NCBI GenBank assembly: GCA_937929835.1
Contig: CALFUU010000035.1
Span: forward strand, 10,940 to 74,939
From: an uncultured Saprospiraceae bacterium
GTDB taxonomy: Bacteria > Bacteroidota > Bacteroidia > Chitinophagales > Saprospiraceae
Direction of reading: 5' to 3'
DNA: 64,000 nt
Below the pieces are notes generated by a model. The model was not told the DNA's origin and did no database searches. It was given only the letters and a program-made list of their open reading frames with translations. A program made the position numbers and the translations under genes. Within the stretch, counting starts at the first letter, position 1, and every line of letters starts with the position of its first letter. Below, one piece after another: positions 18,949 through 27,941 of the stretch.

Positions 18949-19626
18949 TTATGTCAGGTGTTGCTTCATTTTGGCAATGTCCTCGCTGATTTGTTGTGTA
19001 ACGATATGATAAGCGACATAAAAGCCATCCTTAGTTGCCTGCACCTTAGCATTGGATTGGTTCATCTTCTGCTTATTGGCCTCTAGTGCTTTTGTACCTG
19101 CTTCTATCTCTTTTTGCAATTTAGTGATTTGAGCTTGTCTTTGCTTGATACCGTCTTCAAGTCTCTTGATTTCCTGAGCTTGGGCATTGACTTTTTTATT
19201 AGTTTGATTCTTAAAGGCATCTAGAAACTTCGCTTCTTCCTTAGCCAAGATTTTGAGGTATCCTTCAGCGCTCCCTACCAATTTCTGTGGAGTTGCACCC
19301 ATCGATTTGGCCATAGCGAGAGCCGACTTAAATCGCGTAGATTCATCCATATCAACATTGCTCAGATTCTGGACTGCTTGCTTGTACTCTAAGTAATCAA
19401 AGCCTTCTGGATTATTTTCCTCCAGAGCACCTAATAATCTGTTGACAAACTTCTCCTGAGGCTTACCTTTAGGCGGGTTGTTCTTATCATACCCTGTTGC
19501 TGTAGGGGCTGGAGCACCTGCCTTAGAGGGTTGATCGGAAGCTGATGCGGTAGATTTAGCCTGATCAGCAGACTGTGCACCACCCTCTTCCTCTATAACA
19601 AATAGTGATTTTAACTTCTTGAACAT
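18949..19626 (-). CDS. hypothetical coiled-coil protein
   Basis: amphipathic N-terminus MFKKLKSLFVIEE, low-complexity linker, GFDYLEYK, long C-terminal coiled coil; TATATTTG box at 19652-19645. Confidence 0.75.
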   Translation of the reverse strand: MFKKLKSLFVIEEEGGAQSADQAKSTASASDQPSKAGAPAPTATGYDKNNPPKGKPQEKFVNRLLGALEENNPEGFDYLEYKQAVQNLSNVDMDESTRFKSALAMAKSMGATPQKLVGSAEGYLKILAKEEAKFLDAFKNQTNKKVNAQAQEIKRLEDGIKQRQAQITKLQKEIEAGTKALEANKQKMNQSNAKVQATKDGFYVAYHIVTQQISEDIAKMKQHLT

Positions 19627-19708
19627 ACTTAGAATTTACTTCTTCAAATATACCGACTCTCTTGCTTAATAAACCCACCTATCCCGTGCTTGTTATTATC
19701 TTGTGCCT

Positions 19709-20137
19709 ATGTATGTCTTCAAGACCAAAAAGAGAGTACGATATGCAGAGACGGACAAAATGGGCTATCTCTACTATGGACACTATGCCAAATATTATGA
19801 AATAGGCCGTGTAGAAGCATTAAGAGACCTAGGTCTCTCCTATCAAAAAATGGAAGACGACTACGGTATTATGTTACCCGTACTAAGCTTGGAAAGTCGG
19901 TTCAAAATGCCCGCTTATTATGACGAAGAATTAGAAATCGTCACACAACTGAAAGAGCTACCCTCTAAGATGATCACCTTCCACCATCAGATCATTAACC
20001 CTAAGGGAGTGATTATCAATACTGCCATCGTCAAGTTATTTTTTGTAGATATGAAATCCAACAAGCGAGTCGAAACCCCTGCGCACTTAGCCGAAAAGCT
20101 ACATCCTTATTTTAAGTCAACCAATAAATCAACTTAA
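19709..20137 (+). CDS. acyl-CoA thioesterase (YbgC/FadM family)
   Basis: RVRYAETDKMG..YYG.Y..YYE.GR.E; ATG 19709 preferred over GTG 19703. Confidence 0.9.
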   Translation: MYVFKTKKRVRYAETDKMGYLYYGHYAKYYEIGRVEALRDLGLSYQKMEDDYGIMLPVLSLESRFKMPAYYDEELEIVTQLKELPSKMITFHHQIINPKGVIINTAIVKLFFVDMKSNKRVETPAHLAEKLHPYFKSTNKST

Positions 20138-20141
20138 GGGT

Positions 20142-21107
20142 TTGGGCTTATCTAATCTTCCTATAATCCAACTGCTTACTGACTTCTGTAAGAAATCTTC
20201 CTTACCGGGATTTTCAGGAGTATCCATCTACAATGTCGCGACATTTGTATGGGGCGAGGCTATGAAAGAGGATAATGATATCGTCACTAGATCTAACTCT
20301 ATCGCCTTCAATTTTTTTCTTTCGCTCTTCCCGACGATCATCTTTTTATTTACACTGCTACCCTTATTTCCTGTCTCCACAGATTACTTACAGATTTTTC
20401 ACGATTCTACGAGAGGCTTTATCCCGGACCAAGCACACGAATACTTGTTTAATATGTTAGCCGGCGTTGTATCTACGCCGAGGAGTGGCCTTCTATCGGT
20501 AGGTTTCTTTTTTGCCTTGGTGTTTTCTAGTTCAGGAATGGTGACTTTGATGTATGGCTTCCATAAAAGTTATGAGAGAGTCTTCAACAAAAGAAATTAT
20601 ATCCAAAACCGCCTACTCGCTATAGGGTTGACCATCCTTGTGGCCGGTATATTTGTGACTTCGATTTTCTTAATCATCTTTGGTACTCCGCTACTGCAAC
20701 TCCTAATTGACAAAAGTAATCTCAACAGTTACTCTGCTGTTGTTTTTAATTTTACTAAGTGGTGGATTGTCGTTATCGTCATCTATACAGGCATAACCCT
20801 CATCTACAGGTATGGCTCTGCAATGAAAGAAAGAATTAAGTGGCTAAATACGGGCGCGATATTGGCAACCATACTGTCCATATTTACCTCGTTGATCTTC
20901 TCTTTTTTCATCAACTCATTTGGTCGTTACAATGAGATTTACGGATCGATAGGCGCTTTAATTGTTCTACTTCTGTGGATACAGATTAATGTATTTGTCA
21001 TATTGATAGGATTTGAGTTTAACGCCAGTATTGCCGTCCATAAAGCGGAACTCTACTCCCAACCCATTAAAGAAAATACAGCTAGCACTCAAGAAGAAGA
21101 GCCATAG
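20142..21107 (+). CDS. YihY/BrkB family membrane protein
   Basis: IAFNFFLSLFP; YNEIYGSIGALIVLLLWI..IGFEFNA. Confidence 0.9.
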   Translation: MGLSNLPIIQLLTDFCKKSSLPGFSGVSIYNVATFVWGEAMKEDNDIVTRSNSIAFNFFLSLFPTIIFLFTLLPLFPVSTDYLQIFHDSTRGFIPDQAHEYLFNMLAGVVSTPRSGLLSVGFFFALVFSSSGMVTLMYGFHKSYERVFNKRNYIQNRLLAIGLTILVAGIFVTSIFLIIFGTPLLQLLIDKSNLNSYSAVVFNFTKWWIVVIVIYTGITLIYRYGSAMKERIKWLNTGAILATILSIFTSLIFSFFINSFGRYNEIYGSIGALIVLLLWIQINVFVILIGFEFNASIAVHKAELYSQPIKENTASTQEEEP

Positions 21108-21617
21108 CTACCTAAAAGTTATATAGCACCCGATAGCATCACTTTCAGTAAAGGCTAGATCATCTCCCGCTTGCAATAGACCAAGCAGGTATTCTAAATC
21201 CCGTTTTTGAATCACTCGACGTCTTTTGCCCACCCTGACATAGCTATCGTCTATCCGACCTCGGTAGAGCATCTGTTTTTGCCAATTGTCATAAATCACA
21301 ACTTCTGGCGTCACTGTCACTCCAAATTCTTTTGTCTTGGTAGCAAAATATTCTAGCTTCAGGGGAATCGCAACATTGTTCTTTTTCTTGAAGTCGCTAA
21401 TCCCTTTCTCAGTAGAATGTCGACTCGGAAACAAGCCAATAAATTGTATATCTGCATCAGCATACAAACTATCTAGACGGTTGATCTCTGGAGCATAATA
21501 TTCACAGATTCTACAATCCTCACCTAAGAAATAATACACTGTATATCTTGAGGTGTCTGATACCCCAGCAAAGGCCACCCCAGAAAACAGAACATACACC
21601 AGTATCACATACTTCAT
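21108..21617 (-). CDS. exported redoxin-domain protein
   Basis: CRIC motif, VTVTPEVV, YRGRIDD, AIGC.I; start taken at ATG 21617 giving a signal peptide. Confidence 0.75.
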   Translation of the reverse strand: MKYVILVYVLFSGVAFAGVSDTSRYTVYYFLGEDCRICEYYAPEINRLDSLYADADIQFIGLFPSRHSTEKGISDFKKKNNVAIPLKLEYFATKTKEFGVTVTPEVVIYDNWQKQMLYRGRIDDSYVRVGKRRRVIQKRDLEYLLGLLQAGDDLAFTESDAIGCYITFR

Positions 21618-21693
21618 AAGACCAATATAGCGGAGAGAACAATAACAGTCCACTTTTATAGGATAGAACAGCGTTAAATAAACTCTAAATGGA

Positions 21694-22920
21694 CTAGACC
21701 ACTTCTGCAACAGTAAAGATACTTCCAGTAACCAAGATCAAATCGTCTTTGCGAGCAGATAGCTTTGCCGCCGCCAAGGCTCTCGGAACGGAAGGATATG
21801 CCTTTCCATATAGCTCTGATTGGGCGGCTTCATCACTCAGCGTTTTTGCGTTCATCGCTCTCGGAATCTTAGCAGCAGCAAAATAATACTTTGCATCCTG
21901 AGGAAAATATGGAAATACCAGGCCCAGGTCCTTATCCGAAACAACAGCGATGACGATGTGTAGTTTTCGGTAATCTAATTTCTTGATTTCGTTAAATAGT
22001 GTGCTGATGCCCATCTCATTGTGGGCACTATCAGCAATTATGGTCGGGTCAACATTAATACGCTGAAAACGACCCATATACCCCCACCGAGCTAGAACGA
22101 GAGTCAGCGCATCTTTGACTCTATTGGGAGCAATAGAAACATCCATCTCATCAAGTGCTGTCATAGCTAAGTTCAGATTTTCCTTTTGATAATCAGGAAA
22201 CAATTGGCGTATGGAGGAAGGCACCAAGTTGGACTCAGCATATCTCAATCGAGACTGTGTAGCCTCTGCTTTGTGAGCAAAGACAGTAGTTGTCTCTTTC
22301 TGTTTTCTGCCGATGACAACAGGTATCCCCTTTTTTATGATCCCTGCCTTCTCGCCTGCAATCTCTGGTAGTGTCGTACCTAGAAAATTCATGTGATCAT
22401 AACCGATGTTGGTAATTACAGATAGTATCGGCGTAATCACATTGGTAGAGTCGAGCCGCCCGCCGAGACCAGTTTCTATGACTGCATAATCAACCTGCTC
22501 ATCCCTAAAGTGTGCAAACGCCATAGCAACGGTAATCTCGAAAAAACTAGGCTTCTCCTCCAGGTCAAAAACACCTTGGGCAATCAAGTCATTGACAAAG
22601 GACTTTACCACACGCTTAGGAATCATCTGTCCATCGACTTTGATCCGCTCCCGATAGCTCTTATAGTGAGGCGAGGTATATAGGCCCACTTTATAGCCCG
22701 CCGCAGCGAGTAAGGCCGCTATAAAGAATGAAGTAGAGCCCTTCCCGTTAGTCCCTGCTATATGAATTGATTTGAAATGCCTATGTGGATGGCCGACAAG
22801 GGCATCTAGATACTCAATATTCTTCAGGTCTGTCTTGAAAGCTTTAGGCCCTACTCTCTGGAACATAGGGAGTTGTTTGAACAAAAAAGCTTCGATATCC
22901 TTATACCTCGTTATATTCAT
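21694..22920 (-). CDS. folC: folylpolyglutamate synthase/dihydrofolate synthase
   Basis: IHIAGTNGKGS, YTSPH, ETGLGGRLDSTN, DSAHN, TGSIF. Confidence 0.96.
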   Translation of the reverse strand: MNITRYKDIEAFLFKQLPMFQRVGPKAFKTDLKNIEYLDALVGHPHRHFKSIHIAGTNGKGSTSFFIAALLAAAGYKVGLYTSPHYKSYRERIKVDGQMIPKRVVKSFVNDLIAQGVFDLEEKPSFFEITVAMAFAHFRDEQVDYAVIETGLGGRLDSTNVITPILSVITNIGYDHMNFLGTTLPEIAGEKAGIIKKGIPVVIGRKQKETTTVFAHKAEATQSRLRYAESNLVPSSIRQLFPDYQKENLNLAMTALDEMDVSIAPNRVKDALTLVLARWGYMGRFQRINVDPTIIADSAHNEMGISTLFNEIKKLDYRKLHIVIAVVSDKDLGLVFPYFPQDAKYYFAAAKIPRAMNAKTLSDEAAQSELYGKAYPSVPRALAAAKLSARKDDLILVTGSIFTVAEVV

Positions 22921-22991
22921 GACTTCGTGCTAGTAGGCCAATACTAATAAATGTTCTAGACTAATCTTTCAAATCCTCTAATTTTCAGGAT

Positions 22992-24119
22992 ATCAAACGG
23001 TACAATTTTATAATAGCAGGAGGCGGATTAGCGGGATTAAGCCTTGCCTATAGGATTCGGAAGGACAGACAATATGACCAACACACCATTCTCATCTTAG
23101 ACAAAGACAGCAAGACAAAAAATGATAGGACCTGGTGCTTCTGGAGTAAGGAGAAGGGCCTCTTTGACCACATCGTACATCATAGCTGGGACACCTTAGA
23201 CTATAAGACCTCCGCTTATCAAAAAAAGATGTCTATATCTCCTTACAAATACAAGATGATACGCGGGATAGACTTCTACGACTACATACTTAATTTCTTG
23301 GCAAAAAAACCAAATACGACCTTTAGTCAAGAATCAATTTCCGAGATCACTGAGGATAGCAAAGGTGCAAAACTTGTTACAACGGAAAACACATATGAGG
23401 GTGATTACATTTTCAAGAGTTATCCCGATAGACTAGACAATATTAAAGACTACTTTGTCTGGCAGCATTTCAAAGGCTGGGTAGTGCAATCAAAAGAGCC
23501 ATTCTTCGATCCTAGTCGAGCGACCCTTATGGATTTTAGGATGGATCAAGGTGACGACACAAGATTCTTCTATCTGCTCCCTACCTCAGAGACGGAAGCC
23601 CTCGTGGAGCTCGCTATTTTTTCGCCTTCCATTCCCGATAGCACCTACTATGACAGCTACCTAGAATCCTATCTGAAAAAAGATGTCGGCCTCAAAAGTT
23701 GGACTATTACCCACGAAGAAGTTGGCGCTATCCCGATGACTTCACATAACTTTCAGACTGATAAGTCCAAAAGAGTCATCAGAATAGGAACTAACGGCGG
23801 AGCGGTAAAAGCCTCATCTGGTTACGCTTTTACGAGAGTGCAAAAACAAGTAGCTAGTGTTATGCATCAGATAGCATCTGGACAATTCCAACCACAAGGA
23901 AGGACGAGATATGATCTTTATGACAAAGTCTTGCTCAACGCTATACTAAAAGGAAAGACAACAGGGAAGGAAGTCTTTGACGGTTTATTTAAAAATTTAT
24001 CAGGACCAACAATATTTAGATTTCTAGATGGTGAGGGCAGCCTATGGACAGATCTCAAAGTATTCACAGGACCGCCCACTCTACCCTTTCTCAAAGCATT
24101 TGTAGAAGAGGTATCATAA
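22992..24119 (+). CDS. crtY: lycopene cyclase family FAD-dependent protein; true N-terminus lies upstream of track start 23229
   Basis: in-frame upstream IKRYNFIIAGGGLAGLSLA (Rossmann) and NDRTWCFW; QHFKGW, MDFR, E.GAIPM, IGT.GG..K.SSGYAF; nearest upstream in-frame stop 22962-22964. Confidence 0.8.
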   Translation: MKRYNFIIAGGGLAGLSLAYRIRKDRQYDQHTILILDKDSKTKNDRTWCFWSKEKGLFDHIVHHSWDTLDYKTSAYQKKMSISPYKYKMIRGIDFYDYILNFLAKKPNTTFSQESISEITEDSKGAKLVTTENTYEGDYIFKSYPDRLDNIKDYFVWQHFKGWVVQSKEPFFDPSRATLMDFRMDQGDDTRFFYLLPTSETEALVELAIFSPSIPDSTYYDSYLESYLKKDVGLKSWTITHEEVGAIPMTSHNFQTDKSKRVIRIGTNGGAVKASSGYAFTRVQKQVASVMHQIASGQFQPQGRTRYDLYDKVLLNAILKGKTTGKEVFDGLFKNLSGPTIFRFLDGEGSLWTDLKVFTGPPTLPFLKAFVEEVS

Positions 24120-24180
24120 CGCATATAATAATCGCTACTTTAGTCACTGTATCTTCAAAACAACAAATAACAAATTTCAT

Positions 24181-24393
24181 ATGGAAATGGAAACGATTCT
24201 CTCCCTGGGCTTTCTCATTATCGGAGGAGGATTTGTAGGTTCTTTGCTTATGGCATTGATGAAGATGCTCGGCACCCACAAGCCACCTAACAAAAGCTTG
24301 GCTCAGCACTTACTAGGTATATTTAAGTGGACCATAATCTTTACAGTTCTGCTCGTGCTCTTTATTGCTTTTGCAGTTGTACCTAATTCTTAA
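24181..24393 (+). CDS. small two-TM membrane protein
   Basis: 70-aa ORF with two hydrophobic segments filling the gap between crtY and def. Confidence 0.55.
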   Translation: MEMETILSLGFLIIGGGFVGSLLMALMKMLGTHKPPNKSLAQHLLGIFKWTIIFTVLLVLFIAFAVVPNS

Positions 24394-24397
24394 AATT

Positions 24398-25036
24398 ATG
24401 CGTCTAGTTTATCTTTCGGCAATTATATTTTGCACCCTTATTACCCTCAGTTGTTCTAGAACGACGACGGCGACACTTGATCAAACTTCTGGGGTAGGAA
24501 GTACAGTATATAGTGCGCAACAAAAATCTTTACTCCTATCGGGTTCTGAGACTGACCCTATGAGATTGTTTCTGACTACCAACAAAAGTGATTCTATCTT
24601 ACTCAGACAAAGGGCCGCTGAAGTCATACCCAATCCCGATGACCCATTACTCAATGCATGTATCAACAGACTCCTAGCCACAGTCCAAGATAGTATGTCG
24701 CTCGGTGTAGGCATCGCCGCACCTCAAGTCGGCATCCTCAAGAGAATCATCTGGGTGCAGAGATTTGATAAAGAAGGGTTCCCATTTGAAGTCTATCTCA
24801 ATCCTGTGATAAAACAATACACCAAGAAAAAACAAAACTGTATGGAGGGATGCCTTTCTATCCCTGACAAACAAGCGGAAACCAAAGTGAGAGCTTACGC
24901 CATCTTGTTAGAATACGATACGAGAGAAGGCCAACATATTACGGAGATGGTAGAAGACTTTACTGCGGTCATATTTCAACACGAAATAGATCACCTCGAT
25001 GGAAAGTTATTTATCGATCTACTGGAGGAGAAATAA
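24398..25036 (+). CDS. def: peptide deformylase with lipoprotein signal peptide
   Basis: GVGIAAPQVG, EGCLSI, HEIDH all intact; N-terminus MRLVYLSAIIFCTLITLSC. Confidence 0.9.
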   Translation: MRLVYLSAIIFCTLITLSCSRTTTATLDQTSGVGSTVYSAQQKSLLLSGSETDPMRLFLTTNKSDSILLRQRAAEVIPNPDDPLLNACINRLLATVQDSMSLGVGIAAPQVGILKRIIWVQRFDKEGFPFEVYLNPVIKQYTKKKQNCMEGCLSIPDKQAETKVRAYAILLEYDTREGQHITEMVEDFTAVIFQHEIDHLDGKLFIDLLEEK

Positions 25037-25203
25037 TGGTGCTGATATAGGTGTGTAACCTAAGATTTAAGATTGCTTTATGACGCCGCCTTGAGTAACG
25101 CTGTAAACAAAAAGGAGCTTTTTCTTCTAAAGATATTCTACGAATTTCAGTCCAATATGTATTGTTATGTGCTTCAATAAATACCAAGAAGATTGTAATA
25201 GAA

Positions 25204-26169
25204 TCAGAGACTGACCTTTGTCGATAGTAGTGCTGCTTTTTCAAAGGCAACCGCCAACTTAATCACATCAACTGCAAGATTTGTATTAGGCGTCTTGCGC
25301 TTTTTGCCTAGAACAGTCTGACCAAAATGATGTAGCTGTAAGTACTCAGAAAAAGTAAACCCCTCTGTCCCATCATGATAGATATCGACTTTCTCTCCAG
25401 TATCCTTATAGAGTTTAAATGATTTGTTGTTGGTATTAGAAATGAGTACTTGGCCCTTATTCCCGTAGATATTAATGTAACTCTGTTCTTTCTTTATCGC
25501 TGGCTGTATAATGAGATTAATACTAGATGACTTCCTAGTCAGACCTTTACAGATAATGGTATTGTTGTTGGTCGTCACTTCTACATCTGTAATCTGATCA
25601 GTGAGTAACCACTGACACAACTCTATTTCATCTAGGGCATTATCCAAAATACTGCTGCCACTGGAGGCTTCATATTGCCTGTTGAGCCCGCTAAAGAAGG
25701 CACTATCTAGGCTGATATGATTGATAACGCCGATGTCTCCCCTTTCTATTATTTGTTTGGCTGCACTCAATTGTGCATCAAAATGTACAAGCGATGAAAC
25801 CATCACAAACTGGCTCGGTCGGCTCTGCGCAGCCTTGTGCACAGATTCTGCATCTTCGACATTGAGCGCAACAGGGTCTGCAATGAATACATGTTTGCCC
25901 GCTTCTATCGCAGCGATAGCCAACAAAGGTCTTCTGCGGGGATCACCGAATATACAGACGGCGTCTATATCGTGATTCTCTATCAACGATTTCTCATCAG
26001 AGTATACATACTCAAGAGAAAGATCATTCTTGGCCAACAGTAACTCCTTTTGGGTCCTTCCGACTGCGCCCATCAGCGTTAAGTCCTTTATATGGTCTTT
26101 GAGCAAATGTGCATATCTCTCCCCTTGCTGCTCTAATCCTAGTATGCCTACTTTGACTTGATAGAGCAT
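25204..26169 (-). CDS. Gfo/Idh/MocA-family oxidoreductase-like protein with degenerate motifs
   Basis: KVGILG, DIDAV.I, AIEAGKHVF..P, G.IG.I overall pattern. Confidence 0.8.
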   Translation of the reverse strand: MLYQVKVGILGLEQQGERYAHLLKDHIKDLTLMGAVGRTQKELLLAKNDLSLEYVYSDEKSLIENHDIDAVCIFGDPRRRPLLAIAAIEAGKHVFIADPVALNVEDAESVHKAAQSRPSQFVMVSSLVHFDAQLSAAKQIIERGDIGVINHISLDSAFFSGLNRQYEASSGSSILDNALDEIELCQWLLTDQITDVEVTTNNNTIICKGLTRKSSSINLIIQPAIKKEQSYINIYGNKGQVLISNTNNKSFKLYKDTGEKVDIYHDGTEGFTFSEYLQLHHFGQTVLGKKRKTPNTNLAVDVIKLAVAFEKAALLSTKVSL

Positions 26170-27041
26170 CAGAGATGTCGTTCTGCGTGATAACTTGATC
26201 TTACAAGAGGACCACTTTCTACGAAGTCGATGCCCATCTTGAGGCCTTCCTCTTTATAGAACGCAAAGGTGTCTGGATGTACATATTCCTCTACAGCTAG
26301 GTGCATCTTGGTCGGTTGTAGATATTGTCCTATCGTGACGACATCACATCCATTGCTATGGAGGTCTTGGAGGATTTGAAGCACTTCTTCTTTAGTTTCG
26401 CCGAGGCCTACCATAAATCCTGACTTGGTACGCTTACCTGCATCCTTAGTCCTTTGGATTTGCTCGAGGCTCCTATCATACTTGGCTTGAGGTCTGACTT
26501 TACGATAGAGCCTGCGTACTGTCTCCATATTATGCGATACGACTTCTTGTCCACCTTCTATCATTCTATCGAGTGCATCCCAGTTGGCTCTTACATCTGG
26601 AATTAGCGTCTCTATAGTTGTTTCAGGGGACTGCTCTTTGGTCTGGACTACAGTCTGATACCAGATCTCGGCCCCTCTATCTTTGAGCTCATCTCTGTTC
26701 ACTGAGGTAATCACTGCATGCTTAACTTGCATCAGTCTGATCGCTTCTGCTACTCTTGTCGGCTCGTCAGCATCATACTCAGGCGGCCTCCCAGTCTTTA
26801 CCGCGCAGAAGGAGCAACTCCTTGTACATACATCCCCAAGGATCATAAAAGTGGCCGTCCCTGCGCCCCAGCACTCTCCCATATTGGGGCAGTTGCCGCT
26901 CTGACAGATGGTATTGAGTTTGTACTCATCTACGAGCCTTCTGACGCGTTTGAAATCTTCACCTGTTGGGAGCTTGACTCTTAGCCAATCTGGCTTCTTA
27001 GCTCTTTTGGGTGTCTGGGATACTATGGGTAGCTCTAACAT
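26169..27041 (-). CDS. lipA: lipoyl synthase
   Basis: [44 protein letters not shown]. Confidence 0.98.
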   Translation of the reverse strand: MLELPIVSQTPKRAKKPDWLRVKLPTGEDFKRVRRLVDEYKLNTICQSGNCPNMGECWGAGTATFMILGDVCTRSCSFCAVKTGRPPEYDADEPTRVAEAIRLMQVKHAVITSVNRDELKDRGAEIWYQTVVQTKEQSPETTIETLIPDVRANWDALDRMIEGGQEVVSHNMETVRRLYRKVRPQAKYDRSLEQIQRTKDAGKRTKSGFMVGLGETKEEVLQILQDLHSNGCDVVTIGQYLQPTKMHLAVEEYVHPDTFAFYKEEGLKMGIDFVESGPLVRSSYHAERHL

Positions 27042-27044
27042 TAA

Positions 27045-27842
27045 TTAATTGCTTCTTCTTCCAAATTGGAAATTTAAATATAGCTTGAAGAAAAATCTCG
27101 AATTGGATACTTCTTCGGTTTCTACAACAATAGGAATCTTACTTGGAAATGCATCCACCATAATTCCTGTCTCAAAAGCCTTGACATATTCATCAAAAGC
27201 CCCTAATCCGAGATGCAAACCTAACTTGGCTTGTAATCCTGCTCTCACTTTCAGCTCGTCAAAACCACTAAAGAATGAAGATCTGGAACTGATACTACCT
27301 TCATCTAAAAACTTATCAGCATTATCTCCTGAGAAACTTTCTGATCTGATGGTCGGCACTTGCTGATTGTCTATGACCTCCACATAAATAAGGTCTAACT
27401 TATAAGGCTTGAGCAAAGCTAGTGATGGACCTATCTCATACACATAACCGACAGCGAGTCCATTACGTTTTTCTTTTTCAGAGAGATACTTTTTGGTCCC
27501 GAAACCGCCTCTTAAGTTGATCAAGGAGTTGATCTTACCGAAGGCATAGGAACCAGATCTGCCTAGAGATGAAAACTTGGTTTGCGTCTTTTCTCTGCTG
27601 TCTCGAATGTAACCCAACTCTAGGTGATAAAACTTGGTCTTATTGTAAGACTTTATCTCCCCTACATTATAGGCAATCGCGGCACCATCTTCATGCACAC
27701 GCAAATCTATAGACCACTCTTTCTTGTATATGATCCCTTTCCAGTCGATCTCTACCAACTTGGGCTTGATGACACGCTGTGCACCTAAGGATGACAACGC
27801 CACAAGGGAAACAATACAAGCTGTTATAAGTCTAAAAGCCAT
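27045..27842 (-). CDS. putative outer-membrane beta-barrel protein
   Basis: signal peptide, alternating beta-strand pattern, C-terminal LYLNFQFG; start taken at ATG 27842. Confidence 0.65.
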   Translation of the reverse strand: MAFRLITACIVSLVALSSLGAQRVIKPKLVEIDWKGIIYKKEWSIDLRVHEDGAAIAYNVGEIKSYNKTKFYHLELGYIRDSREKTQTKFSSLGRSGSYAFGKINSLINLRGGFGTKKYLSEKEKRNGLAVGYVYEIGPSLALLKPYKLDLIYVEVIDNQQVPTIRSESFSGDNADKFLDEGSISSRSSFFSGFDELKVRAGLQAKLGLHLGLGAFDEYVKAFETGIMVDAFPSKIPIVVETEEVSNSRFFFKLYLNFQFGRRSN

Positions 27843-27941
27843 AGGTATAAAGATAACCATATATCAGTGTGAGTAGTTCTCAAAAGCTAGAGATGTCTTA
27901 CAAACTCTCTTCTTCAGAGGGTCACTCCACTAGTTTAATCT

